NCBI GenBank assembly: GCA_964016885.1
Contig: OZ024753.1
Location: 26,474,001 to 26,538,000, forward strand
Length of the DNA: 64,000 nucleotides
Source of the DNA: Eledone cirrhosa
Lineage: Eukaryota
Direction: 5' to 3'
The notes below the pieces were generated by a model, which ran no database searches, was not told the DNA's origin, and saw nothing but the letters and a program-made list of their open reading frames with translations. Both the position numbers and the translations under genes were made by a program. This document shows, piece by piece, positions 39,801 to 53,749 of this stretch; position 1 is the first letter of the stretch; every line of letters starts with the position of its first letter.

Positions 39801-42119
39801 GTTGAGAGGGTGCCGTTACCTATGTTGGGAGAGTGCCGTTACCTATGTTGGAAGAGTGCCGTTACCTATGTTAGGAGGGTGCCGTTACCTATGTTAGGCG
39901 GCTGCCGTTACCTATTTTGGGAGAGTGCTATTACCTATGTTAGGAGGGTGCCATTACCTATGTTAGGAGGGTGCCATTACCTATGTTAGGAGGGTGCTGT
40001 TACCTATGTTGGGAGGATGCCGTTACCTATGTTGGGAGAGTGCCATTACCTATGTTAGGAGGGTGCCATTACCTATGTTGGAAGGGTGCCGTTACCTATG
40101 TTAGGAGGGTGCCTTTACTTATGTTAGGAGAGTGACGTTACCTATGTTGGGAGGGTGCCGTTACCTATGATGGGAGAGTGCCATTACCGATGTTGGGAGG
40201 GTGCCGTTACCTATTTGGGAGAGTGCCATCACCTATGTTAGGAGGATGCCGTTACCTATGTTAGGAGGGTACCTTTAATTATGTTGGAAGGGTGCCGTTA
40301 CCTATGTTAGGAGGGTGCCGTTACCTATGTTGGAAGGGTGCCGTTACATATGTTAGGAGGGTGCCATTACCTATGTTGGAAGGGTGCCGTTTCCTATGTT
40401 GGGAGAGTGTTGGAAGGGTGCCGTTACCTATGTTAGGAGGGTGCCGTTACCTATGTTGGGAGGGTGTCGTTACCTATGTTGGGAGAGTGCCGTTACCTAT
40501 GTTGGGAGAGTGCCGTTACCTATGTTAGGAGGGTGCCGTTACCTATGTTAGGAGGCTGCCGTTACCTATTTTGGGAGAGTGCTATTACCTATGTTATGAG
40601 GGTGCCATTACCTATGTTGGAAGGGTGCCGTTACCTATGTTGCAAGGATGCCATTACCTATGTTGGGAGAGTGCCATTACCTATGTTGGAAGGGAGCCAT
40701 TACCTATTTTGGAGGGGTGCCATTACCTATGTTAGGAGGGAGACGTTACCTATGTTAGGAGAGTGCCGTTACCTATGTTGGTATGGTGACTTTACCTATG
40801 CTGGGACAGTGCCGTTACCTATGTGGGAAGGGTGCCGTTACCTATTTTGGGAGAGTGCCTTTACCTATGTTGCGAGAGTGCCATTACTTATGTTAGGAGG
40901 GTGCCGTTACCTATGTTGGGATAGTGTTGGAAGGGTGCCGTTACCTATGTGAGGAGGGTGCCGTTACCTGTGTTGGGAGGGTGTCGTTACCTATGTTGGG
41001 ATAGTACCATTACCTATGTTGGGAGGGTGCCGTTACGTATGTTGGCAGGGTGCCGTTACCGTTGTTGGGAGAGTGCCAATACATATGTTGGGAGGGTTCC
41101 ATTACCTATGTTGGGAGAGTGCCATTACCTATGTTAGGAGGGTGCCATTACCTATGTTGGGAGGGTGTCATTACCTATGTTGGAAGGGTGCTGTTACCTA
41201 TGTTAGGAGGGTGGCGTTACCTATGTTGGGAGGGTGCCGTTACCTATGTTGGGAGAGTGCCATTACCTATGTTAGGAGGGTGCGTTACCTATGTTAGGAG
41301 GGTGCCTTTACCTATGTTGGAAGTGTGCCGTTACCTATGTTAGGAGGGTGCCGTTACCTATGTTGGGAGGGTGCCGTTACCTATGTTAGGAGGGTATCGT
41401 TACCTATGTTTGGAGAGTACCGTTACCTATGTTGGAACGGTGGCGTTACCTGTGTTAGAATGGTGACGTTACCTATGTTGGAAGAGTGCCGTTACCTATG
41501 TTAGGAGAGTGCCGTTACCTATGTTGGTAGGGTGACGTTACCTATGCTGGGACAGTGCCGTTACCTATGCGGGAAGGGTGCCGTTACCTATGTTGGGAGT
41601 GTGCCATTACCTATGTAGGGAAAGTGCCGTTACCTATGTTAGGAGGGTGTCTTTACCTATGTTAGGAGAGTGACGTTGCCTATGTTGGGAGGGTGCCGTT
41701 ACCTATGTTAGGAGGGTGCCATTACCTATGTTGGAAGGGTGCCGTTACCTATGTTAGGAGGGTGCCTTTACCTATGTTAGGAGAGTGACGTTACCTATGT
41801 TAGGAGGGTGCCATTACCTATGTTGGAAGGGTGCCGTTACCTATGTTAGGAGGGTGCCTTTACCTATGTTGGGAGAGTGACGTTACCTATGTTTGGAGGG
41901 TGCCGTTACCTATGTTAGGAGAGTGCCGTTATCTATGTTTGTATGGTGACGTTACCTATGCTGGGACAGTGAAGTTACCTATGTGAGAAGGGTGCCGTTA
42001 CCTGTGTTGGGATAGTGTTGGAAGGGTGCCGTTACCTATGTGAGGAGCGTGCCGTTACCTGTGTTGGGAGGGTGTCGTTACCTATGTTGGGATAGTGCCA
42101 TTACCTATGTTGGGCAGGT

Positions 42120-43540
42120 GCCATTACATATGTTGGAAGGGTGCCGTTACCTATGTTGGGAGGATGCCGTTACCTATGTTGGGAGAGTGCCATTACCTAT
42201 GTTAGGAGGGTGCCATTACCTATGTTGGAAGGGTACCGTTACCTGTGTTGCAAGGATGCCATTACCTATGTTGGGAGAGTGACGTTACCTATGTTGGAAG
42301 GGAGCCATTACCTATGTTGGAGGGGTGCCGTTACCTATGTTAGGAGGGTGCCGTTACCTATGTTAGGAGAGTGCCGTTATCTATGTTGGTATGGTGACGT
42401 TACCTATGCTGGGACAGTGAAGTTACCTATGTGGGAAGGGTGCCTTTACCTCTGTTGGGATAGTGTTGGAAGGGTGCCGTTACCTGTGTTGGGAGGGTGT
42501 CGTTACCTATGTTGGGATAGTGCCATTACCTATGTTGGGCGGGTGCCGTTACGTATGTTGGGAGGGTGCCGTTACCGTTGTTGGAAGAGTGCCATTACCT
42601 ATGTTAGGAGGGTGCCATTACCTATGTTAGGAGGGTGTCATTACCTATGTTGGAAGGGTGCTGTTACCTATGTTAGGAGGGTGCCGTTACCTATGTTGGG
42701 AGGGTGCCGTTACCTATGTTGGGAGAGTGCCATTACCTATGTTAGGAGGGTGCGTTACCTATGTTAGGAGGGTGCCTTTACCTATGTTGGAAGTGTGCCG
42801 TTACCTATGTTAGGAGGGTGCCGTTACCTATGTTGGGAGGGTGCCGTTACCTATGTTAGGAGGGTATCGTTACCTATGTTTGGAGAGTACCGTTACCTAT
42901 GTTGGAACGGTGGCGTTACCTGTGTTAGAAGGGTACCGTTACCTATGTTGGAAGAGTGCCGTTACCTATGTTAGGAGGGTGCTGTTACCTATGTTAGGAG
43001 AGTGCCGTTACCTATGTTGAGAGTGTGCCGTTACCTATGTTGGGAGAGTGGCGTTACCTATGTTGGGAGAGTGCTGTTACCTATGTTAGGAGGGTGCCGT
43101 TATCTATGTTAGGAGGCTGCCATTACCTATTTTGGGAGAGTGCCATTACCTATGTTAGGAGGGTGCCTTTACCTATGTTGGAAGGGTGCCGCTATCTATG
43201 TTTGGAGGGTGCTGGTACCTATGTTGGGAGAGTGCCATTACCCATGTTGCGAGGGTGCCGTTACCTATGTTGGAAGGGAGCTATTACCTATGTTGGAAGG
43301 GTGCCGTTATCTATGTTAGGAGGCTGCCATTACCTATGTTAGGAGAGTGCCATTACCTATGTTGGGAGGGTGCCGTTACCTATGATGGGAGAGTGCCGTT
43401 ACCGATGTTGGGAGGGTGCCGTTACCTATTTGGGAGAGTGCCATCACCTATGTTAGGAGGGTGCCGTTACCTACGTTAAGAGGGTACATTTAATTATGTT
43501 GGAAGGGTGCCGTTACCTATGTTAGGAGGTTGCCGTTACC
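42120..43540 (+). repeat. 1.42-kb block with a near-identical copy at ~48245-49664 (offset 6124)
   Basis: Pseudo-ORFs 42141/48265, 43025/49149 and 43186/49310 are near-identical. Both blocks start at CCATTACATATGTTGGAAGG. Confidence 0.92.
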
Positions 43541-45349
43541 TATGTTGGAAGGGTGGCGTTACCTATGTTAGGAGGGTGCCATTACCTATTTTGGAAGGGT
43601 GCCGTTACCTATGTTAGGAGGGTGCCGTTATCTATGTTGGGAGAGTGTTGGAAGGGTGCCGTTACGTATGTTAGGAGGGTGCTGTTACCTATGTTGGGAG
43701 TGTGTCGTTACCTACATTGGGATAGTGCCATTACCTATGTTGGGAGGGTGCCGTTACCTATGTTAGGAGGGTGCCATTACCTATGTTGGAAGGGTGCCGT
43801 TACCTATGTTAGGAGAGTGCCGTTACGTATGTTGGGAGGGTGGTGCTACCTATGTTGGGAGAGTGCCGTTACCTATATTAGGAGAGTGCCGTTAACTATG
43901 TTGGCAGGGTGCCGTTACTTATATTGGGAGAGTGCCGTTACCTATGTTAGGAGGGTGCCGTTACCTATGTTAGGAAGGTGTCGCTACCTATGTTAGGAGG
44001 GTGCCATTACCTATGTTAGGAGAGTGCTATTACCTATGTTAGGAGGGTGTCGTTACCTATGTTGGGAGGGTGCCGTTACCTATGTTGGAAGGGTGGCGTT
44101 ACCTATGTTAGGAGAGTGCCGTTACCTATGTTAGGAGGGTGCCATTACCTATTTTAGGAGGGTGCCATTACCTATGTTGGAAGGGTGCGGTTAACTATGT
44201 TAGGAGGGTGCCGTTACATATGTTGGGAGGGTGGCGTACCTATGTTGGGAGAGTGCGAGTACCTATGTTGGGAGGGTGCCGTTACCTATGTTGGGAGAGT
44301 GCCGTTAACTATGTTAGGAGGGTGCCGTTACCTATGCTAGGAGTGTGCCATTACCTATGTTGGGAGGGTGCGGTTACCTATGTTAGGAAGGTGCCGTTAC
44401 CTATGTTAGGAGGGTGCCGTTATCTATGTTGGGAGGGTGCTGTTACCTATGTTAGGAGGGTGCCATTACCTATGTTGGAAGGGTGCCGTTACCTATGTTA
44501 GGAGGGTGCCTTTACCTATGTTAGGAGAGTGCTGTTACCTATGTTGGGAGGGTGCGGTTACCTACGTTAGGAGAGTGCCGTTACCTATGTTGAGAGGGTT
44601 CCGTCACCTATTTTGGGAGAGTGCCGTTACCTATGTTAGGAGGGTGCCGTTACCTATGTTAGGAGAGTGCCATTACCTATGTTGGGAGGGTGCCGTTAAC
44701 TATGCTGGGAGAGTGCCGTTACCGATGTTGGGAGGGTGCCGTTACCTATTTGGGAGAGTGCCATCACCTATGTTAGGAGGGTGCCGTTGCCTATGTTAGG
44801 AGGGTGCCTTTACCTATGTTGGGAGAGTGTTGGAAGCGTGCCGTTACCTATGTTGGGAGAGTGTTGGAAGTGTGCCGTTACCTATGTTAGGAGGGTGCCG
44901 TTACCTATGTTAGGAGGGTGTCATTATCTATGTTAGGAGGGTGCCATTACCTATGTTGGAAGGGTGCCGTTACCTATGTTGGGAGGGTGCCGTTACCTAT
45001 GTTGGAAGGGAGCCATTACCTGTGTTGGAAGGGTGCCGTTACTTATGTTAGGAGGGTGCCGTTACCTATGTTAGGAGAGTGCCGTTACCTATGTTGGGAG
45101 GGTGACGTTACCTATGCTGGGAGAGTTCCGTTACCTATGTGGGAAGGGTGCCGTTACCTAAGTTGGGAGAGTGCCATCACCTATGTTAGGAGGGTGCCGT
45201 TACCTATGTTAGGACGGTGCCGCAACCTATGTCGGGAGGGTGCCGTTACCTATGTTGCGAGAGTGCCATTACTTATGCTAGGAGGGTGACGTTACCTATG
45301 TTGGGATAGTGTTGGAAGGGTGCCATTACCTATGTGAGGAGGGTGCCGT

Positions 45350-46500
45350 TACGTATGTTGGGAGGGTGCCATTACCTATGTTAGGAGGGTGCCATTACCT
45401 ATGTTAGGAGGGTGCCTTTACATATGTTGGAAGTGTGCCGTTACCTATGTTAGGAGGGTGCCGTTACCTATGTTGGGAGGATGCTGTTACCTATGTTAGG
45501 AGGGTATCGTTACATATGTTTGGAGAGTACCGTTACCTATGTTGGAACGGTGGCGTTACCTATGTTAGGAGGGTGCCATTACCAATGTTGGAAGAGTGCC
45601 GTTCCCTACGTTAGGAGGGTGCTGTTACCTACGTTAGGAGAGTGCCGTTACCTATGTTGAGAGGGTTCCGTCACCTATTTTGGGAGAGTGCCGTTACCTA
45701 TGTTAGGAGGGTGCCGTTACCTATGTTAGGAGAGTGCCATTACCTATGTTGGGAGGGTGCCGTTAACTATGCTGGGAGAGTGCCGTTACCGATGTTGGGA
45801 GGGTGCCGTTACCTATTTGGGAGAGTGCCATCACCTATGTTAGGAGGGTGCCGTTGCCTATGTTAGGAGGGTACCTTTAATTATGTTGGAAGGGTGCCGT
45901 TACCTATGTTAAGAGGGTGCGTTACCTATGTTGGAAGGGTGCCGTTAACTATGTTAGGAGAATGTCGTTACGCATTTTGGGAGGGTCCGTTACCTATGTT
46001 GGGAGAGCGCCATTATCTTTGTTAGGAGGGTGCTATTACCTATGTTGGAAGGGTGCCGTTCCCTATGTTGGAAGTGTGCCATTACCTATGTTTGGAGGGT
46101 GCCGTTACCTGTGTAGGGAGGGTGCCGTTACCTATGTTGGGAGAGTGCCATTACCTATGTTGGGAGGGTGCCGTTACCTATGTTGGAAGGGTGCGATTAC
46201 CTATGTTGGGAGGGTGCCGTTACCTATGTTAGGAGGGTGCCGTTACCTATGTTTGGAGGGTGCCGTTATCTATGTTGGGAGAGTGCCATTACCTATGTTA
46301 GGAGGGTGCCGTTACCTATGTTGGGAGGGTGTTGGAAGGGTGCCGTTACGTATGTTGGGAGAGTGTTGGGAGGGTGCCGTTACCTATTTGGAAGAGTGCC
46401 ATCACCTATGTTAGGAGCGTGCCGTTACCTATGTTAGGAGGGTACCTTTAATTATGTTGGAAGGGTGCCATTACCTATGTTGGGAGGGTGCCGTTACCTA
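45350..46500 (+). repeat. 1.15-kb block with a near-identical copy at ~49660-50810 (offset 4311)
   Basis: Pseudo-ORFs 45642/49953, 45917/50228 and 46168/50479. The rare variant CGCATTTTGGGAGGGTCCG is shared. Confidence 0.9.
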
Positions 46501-49500
46501 TGTTAGGAGGGTGCCATTACCTATGTTAGGAGAGTGCCATTACCTATGTTGGGAGGGTGCCGTTACCTATGATGGGAGAGTGCCGTTACCGATGTTGGGA
46601 GGGTGCCGTTACCTATTTGGGAGAGTGCCATCACCTATGTTAGGAGGGTGCCGTTACCTATGTTAAGAGGGTACATTTAATTATGTTGGAAGGGTGCCGT
46701 TACCTATGTTAGGAGGTTGACGTTACCTATGTTGGAAGGGTGGCGTTACCTATGTTAGGAGTGTGCCATTACCTATTTTGGAAGGGTGCCGTTACCTATG
46801 TTAGGAGGGTGCCGTTACCTATGTTGGGAGAGTGTTGGTAGGGTGCCGTTACGTATGTTAGGAGGGTGCTGTTACCTATGTTGGGAGTGTGTCGTTACCT
46901 ACGTTGGGATAGTGCCATTACCTATGTTGGGAGGGTGCCGTTACCTATGTTAGGAGGGTGCCATTACCTATGTTGGAAGGGTGCCGTTACCTATGTTAGG
47001 AGAGTGCCGTTACGTATGTTGGGAGGGTGGTGCTACCTATGTTGGGAGAGTGCCGTTACCTATGTTAGGAGGGTGCCGTTACCTATGTTAGGAAGGTGTC
47101 GCTACCTATGTTAGGATGGTGCCATTACCTATGTTAGGAGGGTGCCTTTACATATGTTGGAAGTGTGCCGTTACCTATGTTAGGAGGGTGCCGTTACCTA
47201 TGTTGGGAGGGTGCTGTTACCTATGTTAGGAGGGTATCGTTACATATGTTTGGAGAGTACCGTTACCTAAGTGGGAACGGTGGCGTTACCTGTGTTAGAA
47301 GGGTGCCGTTACCAATGTTGGAAGAGTGCCGTTCCCTACGTTAGGAGGGTGCTGTTACCTACGTTAGGAGAGTGCCGTTACCTATGTTAGGAGGGTGCCA
47401 TTACCTATGTTAGGAGGGTGTCATTACCTATGTTGGAAGGGTGCTGTTACCTATGTTAGGAGGGTGCCGTTACCTATGTTAGGAGGGTGCCATTACCTAT
47501 GTTGGAAGGGTGCCGTTACCTATGTTAGGAGGGTGCCTTTACCTATGTTGGGAGAGTGCCGTTACCTATGTTAGGAGAGTGCCATTACCTATGTTGGGAG
47601 GGTGCCGTTACCTATGATGGGAGAGTACCGTTACCGATGTTGGGAGGGTGCCGTTACCTATTTGGGAGTGCCATCACCTATGTTAGGAGGGTGCAGTTAC
47701 CTATGTTAGGAGGGTACCTTTAATTATGTTGGAAGGGTGCCGTTACCTATGTTAGGAGGGTCCCGTTACCTATGTTAGGAGGGTGCCATTACCTATGTTG
47801 GAAGGGTGCCGTTACCTATGTTAGGAGGGTGCCGTTACCTATGTTGGAAGGGTGCCGTTACATATGTTAGGAGGGTGCCATTACCTATGTTGGAAGGGTG
47901 CCGTTACCTATGTTGGGAGAGTGCCATTACCTATGTTAGGAGGGTGCCGTTACCTACGTTGGGAGAGTGTTGGATGAGTGCCGTTACCTATGTTGGGAGA
48001 GTGTTGGAAGGGTGCCGTTGCCTATGTTAGGAGGGTGCCGTTACCTATGTTGGGAGGGTGTCGTTACCTATGTTAGGAGTGTGCTGTTACCTATGTTAGG
48101 AGAGTGCCGTTAGCTATGTTGAGAGGGTGCCGTTACCTATGTTAGGAGGGTGCCGTTATCTATGTTAGGAGGCTGCCGTTACCTATTTTGGGAGAGTGCT
48201 ATTACCTATGTTAGGAGGGTGCCATTACCTATGTTAGGAGGGTGCCATTACATATGTTGGAAGGGTGCCGTTACCTATGTTGGGAGGATGTCGTTACCTA
48301 TGTTGGGAGAGTGCCATTACCTATGTTAGGAGGGTGCCATTACCTATGTTGGAAGGGTACCGTTACCTGTGTTGCAAGGATGCCATTACCTATGTTGGGA
48401 GAGTGACGTTACCTATGTTGGAAGGGAGCCATTACCTATGTTGGAGGGGTGCCGTTACCTATGTTAGGAGGGTGCCGTTACCTATGTTAGGAGAGTGCCG
48501 TTATCTATGTTGGTATGGTGACGTTACCTATGCTGGGACAGTGAAGTTACCTATGTGGGAAGGGTGCCGTTACCTGTGTTGGGATAGTGTTGGAAGGGTG
48601 CCGTTACCTGTGTTGGGAGGGTGTCGTTACCTATGTTGGGATAGTGCCATTACCTATGTTGGGCGGGTGCCGTTACGTATGTTGGGAGGGTGCCGTTACC
48701 GTTGTTGGAAGAGTGCCATTACCTATGTTAGGAGGGTGCCATTACCTATGTTAGGAGGGTGTCATTACCTATGTTGGAAGGGTGCTGTTACCTATGTTAG
48801 GAGGGTGCCGTTACCTATGTTGGGAGGGTGCCGTTACCTATGTTGGGAGAGTGCCATTACCTATGTTAGGAGGGTGCGTTACCTATGTTAGGAGGGTGCC
48901 TTTACCTATGTTGGAAGTGTGCCGTTACCTATGTTAGGAGGGTGCCGTTACCTATGTTGGGAGGGTGCCGTTGCCTATGTTAGGAGGGTATCGTTACCTA
49001 TGTTTGGAGAGTACCGTTACCTATGTTGGAACGGTGGCGTTACCTGTGTTAGAAGGGTACCGTTACCTATGTTGGAAGAGTGCCGTTACCTATGTTAGGA
49101 GGGTGCTGTTACCTATGTTAGGAGAGTGCCGTTACCTATGTTGAGAGTGTGCCGTTACCTATGTTGGGAGAGTGGCGTTACCTATGTTGGGAGAGTGCCG
49201 TTACCTATGTTAGGAGGGTGCCGTTATCTATGTTAGGAGGCTGCCATTACCTATTTTGGGAGAGTGCCATTACCTATGTTAGGAGGGTGCCTTTACCTAT
49301 GTTGGAAGGGTGCCGCTATCTATGTTTGGAGGGTGCTGGTACCTATGTTGGGAGAGTGCCATTACCCATGTTGCGAGGGTGCCGTTACCTATGTTGGAAG
49401 GGAGCTATTACCTATGTTGGAAGGGTGCCGTTATCTATGTTAGGAGGCTGCCATTACCTATGTTAGGAGAGTGCCATTACCTATGTTGGGAGGGTGCCGT

Positions 49501-52500
49501 TACCTATGATGGGAGAGTGCCGTTACCGATGTTGGGAGGGTGCCGTTACCTATTTGGGAGAGTGCCATCACCTATGTTAGGAGGGTGCCGTTACCTACGT
49601 TAAGAGGGTACATTTAATTATGTTGGAAGGGTGCCGTTACCTATGTTAGGAGGTTGCCGTTACGTATGTTGGGAGGGTGCCATTACCTATGTTAGGAGGG
49701 TGCCATTACCTATGTTAGGAGGGTGCCTTTACATATGTTGGAAGTGTGCCGTTACCTATGTTAGGAGGGTGCCGTTACCTATGTTGGGAGGGTGCTGTTA
49801 CCTATGTTAGGAGGGTATCGTTACATATGTTTGGAGAGTACCGTTACCTATGTTGGAACGGTGGCGTTACCTATGTTAGGAGGGTGCCATTACCAATGTT
49901 GGAAGAGTGCCGTTCCCTACGTTAGGAGGGTGCTGTTACCTACGTTAGGAGAGTGCCGTTACCTATGTTGAGAGGGTTCCGTCACCTATTTTGGGAGAGT
50001 GCCGTTACCTATGTTAGGAGGGTGCCGTTACCTATGTTAGGAGAGTGCCATTACCTATGTTGGGAGGGTGCCGTTAACTATGCTGGGAGAGTGCCGTTAC
50101 CGATGTTGGGAGGGTGCCGTTACCTATTTGGGAGAGTGCCATCACCTATGTTAGGAGGGTGCCGTTGCCTATGTTAGGAGGGTACCTTTAATTATGTTGG
50201 AAGGGTGCCGTTACCTATGTTAAGAGGGTGCGTTACCTATGTTGGAAGGGTGCCGTTAACTATGTTAGGAGAATATCGTTACGCATTTTGGGAGGGTCCG
50301 TTACCTATGTTGGGAGAGCGCCATTATCTTTGTTAGGAGGGTGCTATTACCTATGTTGGAAGGGTGCCGTTCCCTATGTTGGAAGTGTGCCATTACCTAT
50401 GTTTGGAGGGTGCCGTTACCTGTGTAGGGAGGGTGCCGTTACCTATGTTGGGAGAGTGCCATTACCTATGTTGGGAGGGTGCCGTTACCTATGTTGGAAG
50501 GGTGCGATTACCTATGTTGGGAGGGTGCCGTTACCTATGTTAGGAGGGTGCCGTTACCTATGTTTGGAGGGTGCCGTTATCTATGTTGGGAGAGTGCCAT
50601 TACCTATGTTAGGAGGGTGCCGTTACCTATGTTGGGAGGGTGTTGGAAGGGTGCCGTTACGTATGTTGGGAGAGTGTTGGGAGGGTGCCGTTACCTATTT
50701 GGAAGAGTGCCATCACCTATGTTAGGAGCGTGCCGTTACCTATGTTAGGAGGGTACCTTTAATTATGTTGGAAGGGTGCCATTACCTATGTTGGGAGGGT
50801 GCCGTTACCTATGTTAGGAGGGTGCCATTACCTATGTTGGAAGGGTGCCGTTACCTATTTTAGGAGAGTGCCGTTACGTATGTTGGGAGGGTGCTGTTAC
50901 CATTGTGGGAAGAGTGCAAATACCTATGTTGGGAGGGTGTCGTTACCTATGTTAGGAGGGTGCAATTTCCTGTTGGAAGGGTGCCGTTACCTATGTTAGG
51001 AGGGTGCCGTTACCTATCTTGGGAGGGTGCCGTTACCTATGTTAGGAGGGTGCTGTTACCTATGTTAGGAGAGTGCCGTTACCTATGTTGAGAGGGTGCC
51101 GTTACTTATGTTGGGAGAGTGCTGTTACCTATGTTGGGAGAGTGCCGTTTCCTATGTTAGGAGGGTGCCGTTACCTATGTTAGGAGACTGCCGTTACCTA
51201 TTTTGGGAGAGAGCCATTACGTATGTTAGGCGGGTGGCATTACCTATGTTAGGAGGGTGCCAGTACCTATGTTGGACGGCTGCCGTAACCTATGTTGGGA
51301 GGGTGCCGTTACCTATGTTGGAAGAGTGCCATTACCTATGTTAGGAGGATGCCATTACCTATGTTGGAAGCGTGCCGTTACCTATGTTGCAAGAGTGCCG
51401 TTACCTATGTTTGGAGGGTGCTGTTACCTATGTTGGGAGAGTACCATTACCTATGTTGGGAGGGTGCCGTTACCTATGTTAGCAGGGTGACGTTACCTAT
51501 GTTGGGAGAGTGCCGTTACCTATGTTGCGAGTGAGCCGTTACCAATGTTGGCAGAGTGCCATCACCTATGTTAGGAGGGTGCCGTTACCTATGTTAGGAG
51601 GGTATCTTTAATTATGTTGGAGGGTGCCGTTACCTATGTTAGGAGGGTGCCATTACCTATGTTGGAAGAGTGCCGTTACCCATGTTAGGAGGGTGTCGTT
51701 ACCTATGTTGGGAGGGTGCCATTATCTATATTAGGAGAGTGCCGTTACCTATGTTAGGAGAGTGTTGGAAGCGTGCCGTTACCTACGTTGGGAGGGTTTC
51801 GTTAACTATGTTGGGACAGTGCCATTAGATATGTTGGAAGGGTGCAGTTACCTATGTTAGGAGAATGGCGTTACGCATGTTGGGAGGGTCCGTTACCTAT
51901 GTTGGGAGAGCGCCATTATCTTTGTTAGGAGGGTGCTATTACCTATGTTGGAAGTGTGCCATTACCTATGTTTGGAGGGTGCCGTTACCTGTGTAGGGAG
52001 GGTGCCGTTACCTATTATGGGAGAGTGCCATTACCTATGTTGGGAGGGTGCCGTTACCTATGTTGGAAGGGTGCGATTACCTATATTGGGAGGGTGCCGT
52101 TACCTATGTTAGGAGAGTGCCGTTACCTATGTTGGGAGGGTGGTGCTAACTATGTTGGAAGAGTGCCGTTATCTATGTTTGGAGAGTACCGTAACCTATG
52201 TTGGCAGGGTGCCGTTACCTATATTGGGAGAGTGCCGTTACCTATGTTAGGAGGGTGCCGTTACCTATGATAGGACGGTGCCGCTACCTATGTTAGGAGA
52301 GTGCCATTACCTGTGTTAGAAGGGTGCCATTACCTATGTTGGAAGGGTGCCATTACCTATGTTAGGAGGGTGCTATTACCTATGTTAGGAGTGTGCCATT
52401 ACCTATGTTGGGAGGGTGCCGTTATCTATGTTAGGAAGGTGCCGTTACCCATGTTAGGAGGATGCCGTTATCTATGTTGGGAGGGTGCCGTTACCTATGT

Positions 52501-53749
52501 TAGGAGGGTGCCATTACCTATGTTGGAAGGGTGCCGTTACCTATGTTAGGAGGATGCCTTTACCTATGTTAGGAGAGTGCTGTTACCTATGTTGGGAGGG
52601 CGCCGTTACCTATGTTGGGAGAGTGCCATTACCTATGTTAGGAGGGTGCCGTTACCTATGTTGGGAGAGTGTTGGAAGCGTGCCGTTACCTATGTTGGTA
52701 GAGTGTTGGAAGGGTGCCGTTACCTATGTTAGGAGGGGGCCGTTACCTATGTTGGGAGGGTGCCGTTACCTATGTTGAGATGGTGCCGTTACCTATGTTG
52801 GGAGAGTGCCGTTACCTATGTTGGGAGAGTGCCGTTACCTATGTTAGGAGGGTGCCGTTACCTATGTTAGGAGGCCGCCGTTACCTATTTTGGGAGAGTG
52901 CCATTACCTATGTTAGGAGGGTGCCATTATCTATGTTAGGAGGGTGCCATTACCTATGTTGGAAGGGTGCCGTTACCTATGTTGGGATATTGTTGGAAGG
53001 GTGCCATTACCAATATGAGGAGGGTGCCGTTACCCATGTTGGGATAGTGCCATTACCTATGTTGGGAGGGTGCCGTTACGTATGTTGGGAGGGTGCAATT
53101 ACCTATGTTAGGAGGGTGCCATTACCTATGTTAGGAGGGTGCCTTTACATATGTCGGAAGTGTGCCGTTACCTATGTTAAAAGGGTGCCGTTACCTATGT
53201 TGGGAGGGTGCTGTTACCTATGTTAGGAGGGTATTGTTACATATGTTTGGAGAATACCGTTACCTATGTTGGAACGGTGGCGTTACCTGTGTTAGAAGGG
53301 TGCCGTTACCAATGTTGGAAGAGTGCCGTTCCCTACGTTAGGAGAGTGCCGTTACCTATGTTGGAAGGGTGCCGTTACCTATGTTGGGAGGGTGCCGTTA
53401 CCTATGTTGGAAGGGAGCCATTACCTGTGTTGGAAGGGTGCCGTTACTTATGTTAGGAGGGTGCCGTTACTTATGTTAGGAGAGTGTCGTTACCTATGTT
53501 GGGAGGGTGACGTTACCTATGCTGGGAGAGTGCCGTTACCTATGTGGGAAGGGTGCCGTTACCTCTGTTGGGAGAGTGCCATTACCTATGTTAGGAGGCT
53601 GCCATTACCTATGTTGGGAGGGTGCCGTTACCTATGTTATGAGGGTGCCATTACCTATTTTGGAAGGGTGCCGTTACCTATGTTAGGAGGGTGCCGTTAC
53701 CTATGTTAGGAGAGTGCCGTTACCTATGTTGGGAGGGTGCCGTTACCTA

